Below, piece by piece: positions 1 through 15,763 of a stretch of DNA of 64,000 nucleotides; position 1 is the stretch's first letter; the number at the start of each line of letters is the position of its first letter. The position numbers and the translations under genes are program-made. The stretch lies in contig JBEWZL010000184.1 of the NCBI GenBank assembly GCA_045837725.1, forward strand, positions 310,001 to 374,000. Reading direction: 5' to 3'. Source of the DNA: Vermamoeba vermiformis. Lineage: Eukaryota. The notes below the pieces were generated by a model. That model saw nothing but the letters and a program-made list of their open reading frames with translations, made no database searches and was not told where the DNA came from.

Positions 1-1596
1 CACTTCGACCTCGATAGAACTTGAAGGCACCCCTGTTAGCAGCTTATTATCGAGCGTTAGAAGCCGTAGCCCAACTGTCGATTACTCCGGCCCTGGATCT
101 TTGACCACTTCATTGGAGGCCAGCGAAAGTAAGAGCAAAAAAGACAAAAAATTCGAGAAAGAAAAGGAAAAGAAGGAAAAGAAGGAGAAAGAGAAAGAAA
201 AGAAAGAGAAAAAAGAAAAGAAGACTTTAGGCCGAACCAGAGCAACGACTTTAAAAATTTCAAAATCCGGAGCTGACGTACAAGATCCGAAGAACTATCG
301 ATCGATTTCATTCGAAGCTTCAGACGTTAAGAAGCACAGTTTGAATCCAAAGTTCAAATTGTCGCGCAAGCACGTCAAGAGTCCTAAACATGAGTTGCCA
401 GTCATTTTGCATTTCCATGGTGGCGGTTTCTTATCGGGTAAAGCATTAATATTATATCCTTAATATAGCTAGATGATATCATATCATCAACGATTAGCAA
501 GTTACAAACCTTGAGATTCGGATGCGATCTTTTTTGTTCGAGCGAGCCTTTGAGCTGAAATTTAGTGTCGTGCAATATTGATTAACATAATATATGTATG
601 ATAATAATGATATTATGCTAATTATGAATTACTCAGGCAATGCTAAGAGCCACGAGACTTACTTGCGAGAATGGGCCAAATCTACTGGTGCATTAATTAT
701 TAGTGTCGATTATACACTAGCTCCTGACGCAAAGTATCCCTATGCTCTCGATGAATGCTACTACGTTTACGAGTGGCTCGTTAGTGGCAAGAATCAGCTC
801 GGCATCTATCCTTCCAAGATCATCCTCGCTGGTGACTCTGCTGGAGGAAATTTTGTCTTGGGAGTCACTTTCAAGGTACGTCTATGAGCGCATAAATTCA
901 CATTCATATTTAAATTCATGAATAAGCAAATTTCCAACTGTTGCGATTAAAGTTTTTACGGCATCCGTTGAAAATCTTTTATGTACCTCGCAATTATTTG
1001 TTATATAGCTATGAAGCTTATCATGCAATGCGTTTAACGCTATATTTCCTTATTAGGCTATTGCAAACAACATTAGAGTACCGGATGCACTTTTGTGCTC
1101 GTACCCAGCTTTGGATCTCCGTCGAATGCCAACGCCTAGCCGTCTGATGTTTATGGAAGACATCTTGGTGCCTCATTATTTCTTAGAAATCTGTTTGAAG
1201 GCTTATTGCGAAGGCACTGGCGATCCGTTCTCAGATCCGCTCTTATCGCCCGTCTTAGCCGACGATGAGTTGCTTTCAAAATTGCCGGATCAGATGTACT
1301 TCTTCTGCGGAGGCTACGACCCATTGCTAGACGATACTGCGCTGTTCACTAAGCGCTTGGATCAAGTGGGTAAAAACTACGAATTCTTCCTACATCCGGG
1401 CTTGCCGCACGGCTTTTTGAACTTTGGCTCGTTCCTGGTCGACGCGCATACAGCTATGATTCAAGAGTGCGACGTCTTAACGAAGATAGTCAAAGGAGAA
1501 GCTGTAACTCGAACGCCCAAGTTGAATCCGTCATCTCCTCTACAACAAAAACGAGGCAAGAGATCTATGTCTGCCATGGGAGATTCGAAGAAATAA
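1..1596 (+). CDS. Hormone-sensitive lipase-like alpha/beta hydrolase (abhydrolase_3); 5' end lies outside the window
   Basis: Exons ..437, 637-875, 1057-1596 join in frame. Motifs HFHGGGF, VDYTLAP..YP, GDSAGG nucleophile, DPLLDD and HGF. K/E-rich low-complexity insert at ~130-225. Confidence 0.9.
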
Positions 1597-2199
1597 TGCA
1601 AAAATATAGCAATCGTACGTCACTTCTATATATTTATGGCTATTCGAGCAGAGTTTTGAATTTTTGAAGGTTAATCAACTTTCGAGCATTGTATTATTTA
1701 TTTAAAGCATTACAACGCCAAATAAACGTAAATATCAATACATTGATCACATAATATTGCTCGGAGGCACAAATACCGTTACATAACTACTCCATTGAAG
1801 ATCAAACTCTTAAAAAGATCTTTTTTGAAACAAAAATTGATTTAGCTTTGCTTCAAATAACACCATAAGTCATACAATATCATGAATTACTTTTCGTGCA
1901 AATTATGCCATCGTAACAAATTGAGTGCGCTGAGCACGGATTATCGCACCTATTGTTTTTCCGTGCCACATTTTTAGCGGACCGACTGACTGTTCATTGT
2001 AAAAATAGCATAATAGTAAACCACAAGAAGTGTGCCATTTAGCATCATTAAACGTAAGTATCTGCACAATTTCGTTTCTGTTACACAAAGGTGGATGTCA
2101 CTAATATCAGCGTGGATGCGCGAAGCTACAGTTGATAAAAATAATTTTCTGGAATAATATTAATATTTAATGGAAAATATAGCTAATTTTTCTTATTGA

Positions 2200-4276
<2,077 letters not shown>

Positions 4277-4445
4277 ATAAATGTAGACTAGATATAACAC
4301 ATTCAAGTTAAGTGTCTCTAGAATCAAATCGATAAGCAAGATCTGTTTCAAAGGTTTATTTTTTGACACGTGAAAAATATCGAATGACACGTGTCATTCA
4401 GAATTGACGACGTTGTACAACACTTTCAACTGTACTGACAAGACT

Positions 4446-6292
4446 CTATTCGCGAGTTGGAAAAAGTTTGTACCAAACTTGAGCAGCTATTTGACAGGCA
4501 AATTCGTACAGCTCGTTAATCTCTTCGAACCGTGATTCAAACCAGTTAGGCACCTCTTTTTTAAAATTCAAATATGCAGTTAATAACATGTTATTAATGT
4601 CTTAGAATTATTACTTACCTTCTAAAGATGCATTAACGAATTGAATTATCTCTGTAGAATTAATTTTCGCGGAAGCAATGTGATTGATTATTTTTCCGTT
4701 GAATTTCGCGACAAAGATCTTCACGTTTTCGTTAGGTAATAGTCGACCTATAATAACTTCTTCATCGTCGTCTAAAATGTTTGTAGGCTTGTATATGAAT
4801 TGAATTGAAGTGTTGTTAAAGTGTTTTTGAACTTGACGAAGTGCAGCACGTTGATCTAATGACAACATTGTACAGTATCTGGTTCGTAAATAAATTCTGA
4901 GAATTGAATCTTGACGATTTCTCTCTAACACATCCATTGGTTCGTAATTCGTTTCGTTCCATTGGAGATCTAATACTGCCGGTTTTTCTATTCCATATTG
5001 CTCCAATTCGCTTACTATATCTTTCTCGCCAAAATCGCCGTAACGATTCAAAAGTTTGAAATTTTTCTTTTGACTGCAATCTTGTCGCTCTTTATAGCCA
5101 TGTGGGAAGAATACTATGAAGTTTCTAGCATAGGAGTTAAATAAGATATTCCCATAATGCGTATTTAAAAACTAGTGGCATGTGGTGCGGAATGAAAGCA
5201 CGAACAAAAACCACTTGATCCGGATCGTAAACTTGCGACAGGAAATTTACGAGCTAAAAAGAGCATTAGAATTTCGAATAGGACGTCTATATATTGCATA
5301 CTTCTATACTCGCTGCGCTATACATTTCAGCTCCGTTATACAAATGGAGGAAGAACGGTTTATCTTTCGGTACGACGGAGTTTAATTTTTCTCCAAATTT
5401 GAGATTGACGACGTTTCCGGTGACTAAAGCAATTATATTACTATTTATGATATCCTATATAATATAACTTACGTATTTCTTCATGATTAATGTAGCTCTC
5501 GATCAAGCGTAGCGAAATTGCTGAAGAAATGTTTTCTGGGAATTTGTACTCCATGCCAGAGATCATTTTGATCTTTACAATATAGGAAGGAGATTCTTTT
5601 ACTATAATATCGGCTTTATCTCCAAATTTGGCTTTGACTTCCTCAATCCACGCAGGATCCGAACTGGAGTTCAAAGTGATTACGAGCCGACCTTTAGGAT
5701 CAAACTCCTTGTTCTTAAATAAGCTAGCATTATAATTGTATATCTCGGGAAGCAGATTTGACAGAATATTGTTCGCATCCACTCCACGAAAGCTACGAGC
5801 CAAAAATTAGACGATGAAGAATTACTTGGGGCCGTACCATTTCGGGAAATTATTAGCTTGTTTATAAAAGCATGTAATGGTAGATGCATCTGTAGGCAAG
5901 TTGTAATAAGAGGAATCTAAGGGGATCTGCTGGCGACGATTTTCGACTTTCAAGATTGGTACGTCGTCAATTAGCAAATTGGTTAGCTCCATTAGAATAT
6001 ACTTAATAAAAATGTTAGCGTCATCTAATTAAGCGAACTATACCTGCGCCTGGGAAAGATCTTCCAGCGGACAATCGTTTTCTAATTTAAAATTAATATT
6101 TCAAAATTAATGAAATGGGTAAAAGTAATACGTACGAAAAATTGCAGAGCACGTATATTGGACTACCATTGGCTTGAAGTCACGCAGCTGTATTAGAGCG
6201 TCGAATTTTGGATCGCAATCATCGATAATGCTGAACGCAAGGGAGAGGGAGCTAATTGCTAGAATTAGCGATAATATATAGACTACTCTCAT
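4446..6292 (-). CDS. Secreted protein of unknown function (multi-exon)
   Basis: Signal peptide MRVVYILSLILAISSLSLA. Exons join in frame via GT-AG introns, including 33-nt (5793-5825) and 34-nt (5172-5205) introns. Ends ...WYKLFPTRE*. No family recognised. Confidence 0.65.
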
Positions 6293-6750
6293 GGTCGTGC
6301 AATATAATGGTAAAAATTATGATTTTTGCTAGCTTTTTGTTGATATTTTTTTGCTGAGTCATCAAAACCGACACGTGTCACTCAAACTCGAATTTGCATC
6401 GCACCATTAGACGCTCCAGGCATGAATTTGAGTCCCGTCGTACGGGACTTCTCTCGACTTGATTTGATCATGACTGGTGACCAATCAGTAAGTATTTATT
6501 CGTGATCGCGGAGTGCCAGTTCGTACTGCTCGTAATCGTACAGCGTTTTCGCTTATTCATTTGCTTGAAGAGATTTATACTCTCAACTTTACGTATAGAA
6601 CTTAGTTTATATTTATATTTGTGCTAACAATAGCAAGATAAATCGCGATGTTCAAATTAGATTTTTTGTAGTCAGGCTATTTACATTTATTCCGTTGCTT
6701 ATAAATACTTGATATTTTACATAGGTTAGCTTTTTTGTCTTTTGACTATA

Positions 6751-9700
6751 TTACTTAATAGTCACTGTTTTGTATTCGTCCAATTCGGCTAAGATTACGG
6801 ACATCGAGGGTCGATCTTCTGGATTGAATTCCCAACACTGGTTCATTATTTTTCTGAAGACCTCTGGACAGTCGTCAGGTATCGGCAAGGTCAATCCTTC
6901 TCTATAATCGAGATATTATTAGTCTTCAATCGTCGAAAAATTTTTCATGCTGGATGTGGGTCCGAACAAAACATACCTAATCTTAATTGCCAAGTCAATC
7001 AATTGTGTTCCAGCAAATGGATCTTTCTTAGCTACTATTTCCCTATAATACATCCATTAATAATCTGCGATAAAAGCAAGGGTAACGTTCGTTCATTTGA
7101 CACGTGTCACTTCGCGTGTCATTCTTAACGCTATTTAACTTACCATAATAAGACTCCAAATGCCCAAACATCGGTTTTATCTGAATATAGTTGAGATCGT
7201 AAGGACTCAGGTGCCTAAATATAACATCAGGATTAGTATATAATGCACAAATCATTGCCGAAACTACGCGGATCTAAACTTACCATCCATGCAATTGGAC
7301 CAATATTCGACGTTGTAATTCCCGCTTTATTTTCACCGATTGCTCGTGCCATGCCAAAATCCTATATTAACACGTGCTTATTAGTTTGCCGATACTCGAA
7401 TTATATCTGATCGGTGTAAACTTACCGAAACTTTTGGGACTCCAGAATCGCTCATCTAAAGAAATAATATGCTCGCGTTAGTATTCGTAAACTTAATATT
7501 AATAAATTGGCAATCGATTATTTTTCGGTCAGATCCAAAAATAGTAACTCACCAAGATATTTCGGGCAGCAATATCTCTGTGCACAATATTCAGCGAATG
7601 AAGCATTTCTAGGCCAGATGCGATTCCGTGGACGAGGTTAATAAGACGCGCGTTTGAAAATGCAGGGTTGTTCGGGTCATTTTTGAGCATCTGATAGAGA
7701 TTTCCGCCGCCTTGGAACTCCATGACCAAATTAAACTTTTCTCCCTCACGATAATATCCAAAAATGGGAAGAATGTTTGGATGGGGTCGCACGGAACTAC
7801 ATTAAAAGGTGGTTAGTATTATTGCTTCTCATTTAAAGCAACCGAATTTTCTCGATCCAGCAATCGCAACAAAAATCTGTTCAACTTTTGCACTAAACCG
7901 AGTAAATATTATAATAATACTCACGTCATTAACAGAGCTTCTTTTTTCAACTCTTCGAAAGCTTGATCTGAATCGATGTTGGTGGATTTGATCGCCACTA
8001 CGGTGTACTTCCATCGTCCTTTATAAATGACACCAAATGCTCCTCCGCCAAGTTTCTCGGAAATAGTGATTTCTCGAGGATTAATCTCCCATCTATTGTT
8101 CGGGTTGTAAACGCCATTAAGATCTATGCCGGTTCCTGATGAGCTTTTGGATGTCGAATGGTGGGACTTATCGGCAGAGTTTGGAGAATTGATGGCCACT
8201 AGAAATGAATCTAGAGTGAATATACGTTGAGTTGACACATAAAAACGGTTGTAGATTTGAGTCTATAATTTAAAAATTTCGAGCGCCAAAAGTTTTCCCG
8301 GATTTGTACGAGGTTATACGAATAAATTTAAAAAAACCATTAAATATCCATAGACCACGACTTACTATAGTGAGATTCATCCGCAGTAACATTAACGCTA
8401 AGTCTTCTCGGCAAAGCTGGGGACAGGTTGACCGAATCTCGCTTTTTCTTCCTCTTCCGTCTATCGCGTTGAATAAAGAAGATGGCCAGGAAAATACCAG
8501 AACCGACGACTAATGCGACCAATATGACGATTAGCGCTATAGTCCAGCCGGGCAGATCTCCGGATTGTTGTTGAGGTGAACTATTAGACGGAGGAGTGAC
8601 AGCAGCTGAAAATTAAACGTTAGCCAGGTTTAATTTAAGTATTCAAGGGACGTAGGCACGAAGCGAAAGGGTTTAAACGCTAAAGATTGAAATTACTATT
8701 TTTGAGGAATTCACAAGAAATTTCCGCATCAGATCTAAATTAACCTCCGAAGACGTTAGGCGGTTAGTAAATTAACTAAATTTTAGCGAAGAAATTTTGC
8801 TTCTATTGTCCCTTAAATACCTTGAGGATTTAAAGGCGAAGGGTCAGTACCAGGGGTTGCTGAAGTCGGCGCTGAAGGATCCGTTGGTACTGGCGCCGGC
8901 CCCGGGTCTGGAAAGTCTATAGACGTATTGATGGTCGAAGATTGAAGGAACAATGTAGATCCAGCGAGCCAATACGCAATAAAAGTCTGTTTGTTCACCG
9001 TTGAGGATACTGCAGTTACGTTGTTGGTTCCGCCGGTCAGAGGATCCCACGGGAATATGTTTCCTACTTGCTGAATCTGTCCACTGGAGAACTGCACGAT
9101 TTGAGCCAAACCAGTTTGATCGTAGTACACTTGAAAAAATCCAAAAAGTTAGTATTGCGGATCGACCAGATCGAGCGAAGAAATCCCAACACGTACCTGC
9201 AAGATCGTTTGCTAATGGTGCGATATCCAATACAGTCCCCAAGTAGCTACTATCGTAGGTATAGTTGGCCAAGTACGTGAGATCACTGGAGTTGTAGACC
9301 ACCAAATTGACGAAGAGTGACGGTGCATTGGCAACTCGGTAGTACGTCAACAAATGTGTCTGCAAATGTACCAAGTTCGGTAATGACACGGTGCCTACTT
9401 GTGGATTAGGCTGCACGATCACATCTTGCTTGTTGGTCCCGGCCTGTGTGTATTGCGATACGGTGAAAGCTTGCGGATCCAGATTCATCAGCAGAAAGCC
9501 AGTCTTATATATGACTACGTCAAAATCGATTGAAGTTGAGACCAGTTCCGTAGCTGCGTTAATGATCACCAACGACGAGCTGTAGCGTTTATAATAGAGC
9601 GAGCTACTTCGGTAGAAGAAGATTCCAATAGAGTTGTCGCTGTAAACGAGCATGTCTAATAAGCCACTGGAGGTGGATAAGTTGGTCGTAATGTCTTGTT

Positions 9701-11622
9701 GTATAAGTTCTGATGTGTTGCCGTTGATCACTGCCAAATAAAGTGCAGATCCGTTGATCGGGATCTGCGCTACCCAATCTCCGTTTGACATAGACTTGAT
9801 AAGTAAGTAGCTAATACTACTGGTAACATTAGCTAATGTGTAGTTCGTCTCGAGCTCGTTCGTCAATGCGTTCACCAAAACGAAATCCACCGTGTTTGCT
9901 TGCGTCTTAACTATGCAGGCAAAATAGTCGCGAGCAATGTTATTATTGACTGAACATGAAACTAGGTTCGTATTGTTCGTAATGAACGTCGTTTCACCAG
10001 TGCCAATTCGACCTTGGTTAGGTTCTGATCACAAAAAAATTAAAATAATTTTCCTATCATGGCGTATCCTCGTATGAGCATACAATTAATTGTTTGATCG
10101 AAAATAAAATTTTAACTTACGAGCTTGACAATCTGCAGTGGCGGGAACCGTGGATGTAAATCCAAGTGAGCAGACGCAGTTTACGCAACGAAAACCCCCA
10201 TCGCACTGCTCCGTCTGATTGAACACCAAACCGTCACCACAATAATAATTGCGTAAGACGATTCCTGTGTACTCTGCGTAATACAAAATTAAAAATTAGT
10301 TATCGTGTGTGAACAGCTCGGAACATTGCACTAAAATGAGTCATTCTTCGTGAAATTACTTCTTATGGTTCAAATTTTAATAAATGCAATGTTTGACTTA
10401 CGAGACAGAGAGGGATCCCAATAAGACACGAAGGAATACGGACTTGAAAACGCAGGCGTCATTGTTGTATAGCGAGGGTCCACAACGTTGGTTAAATTGT
10501 TCAGAATGGCGAATTGCGTTGGTGAAGGCGTCAAGGTGCTCGGATCGTACGTCACCAACGAGAGCAGATTTAGATTCTGGTACAGGTAGGTAACCGAAAG
10601 CAGGCCGGGTGCTACTGCTCCAGCTTGTATACTCGTGCTGAAGCCGAAGGTTTGAGTACTGTTCTGCGTGAAGTCTCGCGAGTCGGTTCCGGTTGTTTTG
10701 AAGAGGGTGGGCTTCAGATCTGACTGTTGGCCAAAAATAACAACAGATCGTTCTGGATTCGCAAGAACCATGGCTTGAATGGACGCTACTCCCGGTATGC
10801 CTATTTGAAAAGGCGAAATGGAAGGACCGCCATCGGTAAACACGGCACAAAACGCGTTGGCGCTCGCATCCGATGCATCACGCCAGCATCCAAAGGCCTG
10901 GTAGGGCGGGATCAGGTAGGCTGCCAAGGTGAGTGTTGTTCCCGCTCCAACTACATAATCGTAGGCATTGCCGAACACTGTCGTCGCCACCTCTCCGTCG
11001 TCCCATCTTTTAAAGAGTATCTGGCTATCTGTGGCAAGAAGTACGTGGCACGCGTTGTTTCCACCTCTGATCGTGAACTCGGTGTAATTTGCTGGAATAT
11101 CTGGCGCGTAATCAAATTTTACCGTCAATGCTTCGACGTCAAAGTGTTGAATACGAAAATTATTTGTTTCTATCCATCCAAAGCACGCTGTTGTTCCTCC
11201 GGTTGTTGTTGACACTCGGATGACAGGATTCGCGTCAGTGGATAGCTGCACGGTTGTAATAACGTTTGTTGTTATATTCATAATAATTGCTAATGCAGTT
11301 CTATTTTGTAATACTGCACCACAAGTTATTGTAGAAAGTCCGAGTGAACATCTGAAATCTAAAACTGTTGGATCTTTCAATAATGGTATTGTCGCACGTA
11401 TACTTGGTTGTTGGCCTCTTAGCACTGTAATATTGAAGTTAATAAATTTAAAAAAACGCACAAACGTTTATTTAATGCAAAATATTGCTTTTAGAATTTG
11501 GATTGCGAGAAAAATCTTGATTACACTCGCATAAACAGCAGTATTTTACACTCCCGTCTGATTAAAATATTACCTTGAATGCAACACAATAATAATAGCG
11601 CGAGAAACAAGCGCTCTTTCAT
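6751..11622 (-). CDS. Single-pass receptor kinase, tyrosine-kinase-like (TKL) group
   Basis: Signal peptide MKERLFLALLLLCC; large ectodomain with CGDG..EQCD Cys-rich linker; TM ~8470-8545 followed by RDRRKRKKK; kinase motifs GGGAFG, VAIK, HRDIAARN, DFG, WMAPE, DVWAFG, CW..NPEDRP. Confidence 0.9.
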
Positions 11623-12228
11623 CCTGGGCAAAATATTGACAGATGAAGTAAGCATTACAAGCGAAAGTTAGGCATTTCAACAACAAGTTGTTGCCTCGGG
11701 GTTTACTGATGTTCAGTTGAAAGTTACTGGGAGACTGAACCTCACGCTCGACACAAAAAACAACGGTGTCAAAAATCATCCGTTTGGAAATGCTTGAAAA
11801 CTAGCCGAAATTAGGAACATGTTCTTTATGAATAATGCCTCTAGCGGAGTGTGGAACCACCTCATTTCACTATAGCGCGAAAGGAGAATCTTCACCTCGC
11901 TAAGTCGGCAGAAGCCGTTCGAACCGAAACTTGGCCGATCTGAGTGAGCGATCGTTCTAACAATTAAGTATGATTCTAAATGATAGGTAGATCATTTATT
12001 GGCAGAATCAAGTAATTTTTCACTAAATTTATCTTTTTGTCTTTTGGATCCGATCTAATTTTACAACTTTGATGAAGGAGTATCTCCGAATATACAAATT
12101 AAATAAAGTACTGAGTGAAAAGTTATACATTCTGTATTACTTTGTATTTGAATGCAATAGAGTGGAGAGAGCGCAAGGCTGCGTGACTGACACGTGGCCG
12201 ATAAACGAGTTTGTCAAGCTTATATTTT

Positions 12229-13994
12229 TTAAATTCGACTATTTACAATATCTTGAGGTCCCTTAGGAGCCTTATTGGAAGTAATGCCATCTTCTAACTC
12301 AATCACTTGATCATCATTCGTTTCGATCGGATAATGCTTCTCTACGCCAACGCCGTTCGATTCTCCAGCAGTGCCATTAGCATCGCCATTTACTTCATTG
12401 CTTTTATTCTTATTAATCTCTTCCATTGCTTTCTTTAAGGCATCGGCCTGGTCAAATCCGATTAGAATCATCTATTTTGAGACTTTACCTGGCCTGATAT
12501 CGAAGTATAAACACGATACTTACCTTTCCGTCTCTATACTTTTGATAACAAATTGCAAATAAGCCAGCGAGAATCAAAATGACGCCAATGCCATCACGCC
12601 ATGTAAGTACTTCGCCAAAAACTAGCCACGTTAAGAACGCGGCGACAACCGGCTATGATAACTCTCGTTAATATATGCTGTATAATACTATTCTAGCTAT
12701 GCAGTTGACGTACCTGAAGCGTACTTGATGCCGCAACGATTGACACGTCTGTGTTTTTCGTCGCAAATGCTGTCAAAATGTATGCGACGATTGATTGGAA
12801 TATTACGGTATACGCCTGCGCATATTATTAATACTTGCGTATGAGAATAATATACTGTTTGCTATTAATGCACAAACTTACGATCGGCCAAACGGATTTC
12901 ATCGACATACTCATTTCGCCTCCAGCAGCAGAGTAGATTACAAAAGTGACGATCATGAACGTTGCTCCGAATATATATGCCATAGACACGATAAATATAG
13001 GTGCATACCTTCGTAAAACACAAACAATATGAGATCGAAATCTCCAAAAAGTGTTCATCCAATGCTTACCTTGCGAACATAGGTTTCGCCCAAAGTAAGT
13101 ATAGCGCATTACCTATTGATTGCACGAGTAAGAATGCTAGACCGAGAGTCCTGTTGCTCGTAAAGGAGATCTTTTCAATTTCTACCATGATCAGCGTACC
13201 AACAACAGCTAGTAAGACTCCTGCGATCTTTCTAGTGTATAAATAAAGGTTTTTATCGAAATATAGGCTATTCTTACCTTTAACACTGATGGAGGCTCTT
13301 TTCTAGTCACGATCGCCAAAAATGTAGTCAAGATCGGGTTGATCGGCTACCAATTAAGTTAGTACCATCATAATAATTAAGTTTCCATATATAAAAAGAT
13401 TTGCTACGCTTAAACTAAGCTTTAGTTAGAATTTGTACCTGCATAATAGCCGATAATAATGGGCCGGCATATGCTAAGCCCATAGTGAACATGAATTGAT
13501 TGCCATATACTCCAGTAAAACCAAGCGCGGCAAACCAGTATATATCTTTCTTCTCTTGAATTTTCTGACCTAAATTTCGAAGATCAAAAGTTAGATCTGT
13601 CTGAGGAAATGTTCGTCATTGCATTTTGCAAAATGTGACTTACGCGCAATAGTTAACATTAAAATGACCATTATAATCATTGAGAATGAAGATCTAAGCG
13701 TTGCAAAAATGACTGGAGGAATTGCGTTAACTCCAATTTTGCCAATTACAGCAGCTCTAAGCTTTTAATTAATACAAGCCGATATAATTGCTATATTTAA
13801 TTTTATTAATATTCTATTGGTATTTTATTTTAAAAATTCGAGATCTGATCGTAGTAACGTTGCTAAAAGGCGTCCACATACCCTCCAAATATTGTTTGTG
13901 CCAAAGCTAAAAAGCTATATGTAATAACTGAAGCTCGTGTGCCTGTTCCAATGGTCTGGGTGGCCCAACGGTCGAACTTCGTTTCTTCCCGCAT
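12229..13994 (-). CDS. EamA / drug-metabolite transporter (WAT1-related)
   Basis: Multiple hydrophobic TM exons (ALAQTIFGG, PPVIFATLR, LGFTGVYGNQ, MQPINPILTTFLA, QPVVAAFL..GE), typical of a duplicated EamA fold; acidic C-terminal tail. Confidence 0.8.
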
Positions 13995-14173
13995 CTCTCT
14001 TTGTTTTGCTTCAACCGCTCCGCTTACATGTGGTACCGTTTAATTATGGACTAATAAAAAATAAGATTTGTTGTAACGGGTCCCGTGGTGAGTCATGCGA
14101 TTTCGACTTTTCTGGCCACAGTGCACGCGACTTGATTTTTTTGCCCGTCAAATCAATAACACGCAGCGCAACA

Positions 14174-15638
14174 ATGTTTGCACGCGTGTCGAGGAGTTTA
14201 TGCAGTAATTTGTTAAAAAGGAAGGATGCTAAGATAAGCAAACGATTTTTAACGTTGAAATCGGACCAGATCAGGAACAAGGTAAGTCCACGCCCCTAAA
14301 ATTTAGAATAATTATGTCAATATTGTAATAGCCTTACATATGATATTTATGATGTTATCCGCCGCTTCCCCCCCATTTTAAAATTTTTAATGAACTCAAT
14401 TTTGTTTTCGAAGCGGATCGTGTCTGGTATGCAACCTACAGGCGATGTTCACTTAGGAAATTATCTTGGTGCCATTGTTAATTGGGTGGAGCTTCAAAAT
14501 AATCGTCCAGGAAACGTTCTGTTCACGATCGTAGATCTGCACTCGTTGACAGTCGAGCCAGATGCCGAGTCACTAACAAAAGCTACATGGGACGTTGCTG
14601 CTGCTCTATTAGCATCTGGTATCGACCCTTCAAAGAGCACTTTATTTTTACAATCACGAGTAAGTCCGGCCATATTTTTTCAATTTTCCAACCACGGGAT
14701 CCACCCGCCCATCAAAGCGGACAAACAATTGATTTTTTGTGTTGTGAACCACCAAAGTAATAACATTGGGACTTACTTTCATGAAATAGGTTCCCGAACA
14801 TTCTGAACTTCAGTGGCTGCTCAACTGCATGACGCCAATGGGTCGCTTAACAACGATGATTCAGTACAAAGAAAAAATCAAACAGCGCGGCGAAGCATTT
14901 GCTGGTATATTGAACTACCCAGTATTGATGGCTGCCGATGTTTTATTATACAAGTAAGATCTATACATCGAGCTCTGACCACGCCTGTTACACGGGATCT
15001 GATCTCAATTTATCAGGGGCGAACAAGTGCCTGTAGGCGAGGATCAGTCGCAACATTTAGAGCTCATGCGATTTTTAGCGGAGAAATTCAACGGAAAATA
15101 TAAGAAAGACTTTTTCCCTGTTCCTGAAACATTATTTAGTAAGCAGAGATCTAGAGCAAGAGTTCCGTATGACTAACGGTTAATAATAGCACCTACTAAG
15201 AGAGTTATGAGCCTCAAGGATGGTACGAAGAAAATGAGCAAGTCAGACCGATCAGAATATAGCAAGTTGTTATTGACGGATTCAGCCGACATGATCCAAG
15301 AGAAACTTTTGCGCGCCAAAACAGACTCTATTATGGGCGTTACATATGATGCTACTAATAGACCTGAGGTCGCGAACTTACTTACCATATTCTCGGTGCT
15401 CTCTGGAAGATCTATCGAAGAGATCTGCCAGCAGTTCGCAGACAAAGACATGCTCGTATTTAAAAAGGCCTTATTAGACGTTTTAGTGGAAAAAATTGTT
15501 CCAATTGGCAAGAAAATAGAAGAATATCAAAAGGATAAGCCCTACATGCTCAAAGTACTTTCCGAAGGATCCGACAAAGCCAGGGATATTGCCTCACAAA
15601 CCTTGAGGGAGGTTAAGACCCTAATGGGCCTCGTTTAA
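14174..15638 (+). CDS. WARS2: Tryptophanyl-tRNA synthetase, bacterial/mitochondrial type
   Basis: Arg/Ser-rich presequence [32 protein letters not shown] (HIGH-type), [20 protein letters not shown]. Confidence 0.95.
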
Positions 15639-15763
15639 TAAACCTTTTTCGTTCAGCAGATCCGCATCTGCCCGTTACAACGAGATACCGACGAGATTGC
15701 TGTCAATTCGTCGAAAAAAAGTTGACGGCTATTTTACAATTCAAAATCAGCCCGAACTACAAG

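Noticed and set aside
11640-12220. GC-richer intergenic stretch as a possible snoRNA/U3/structured RNA
   Set aside because: No convincing C/D boxes, Sm site or terminal stem; more simply the kinase promoter/5'UTR and the transporter 3'UTR.
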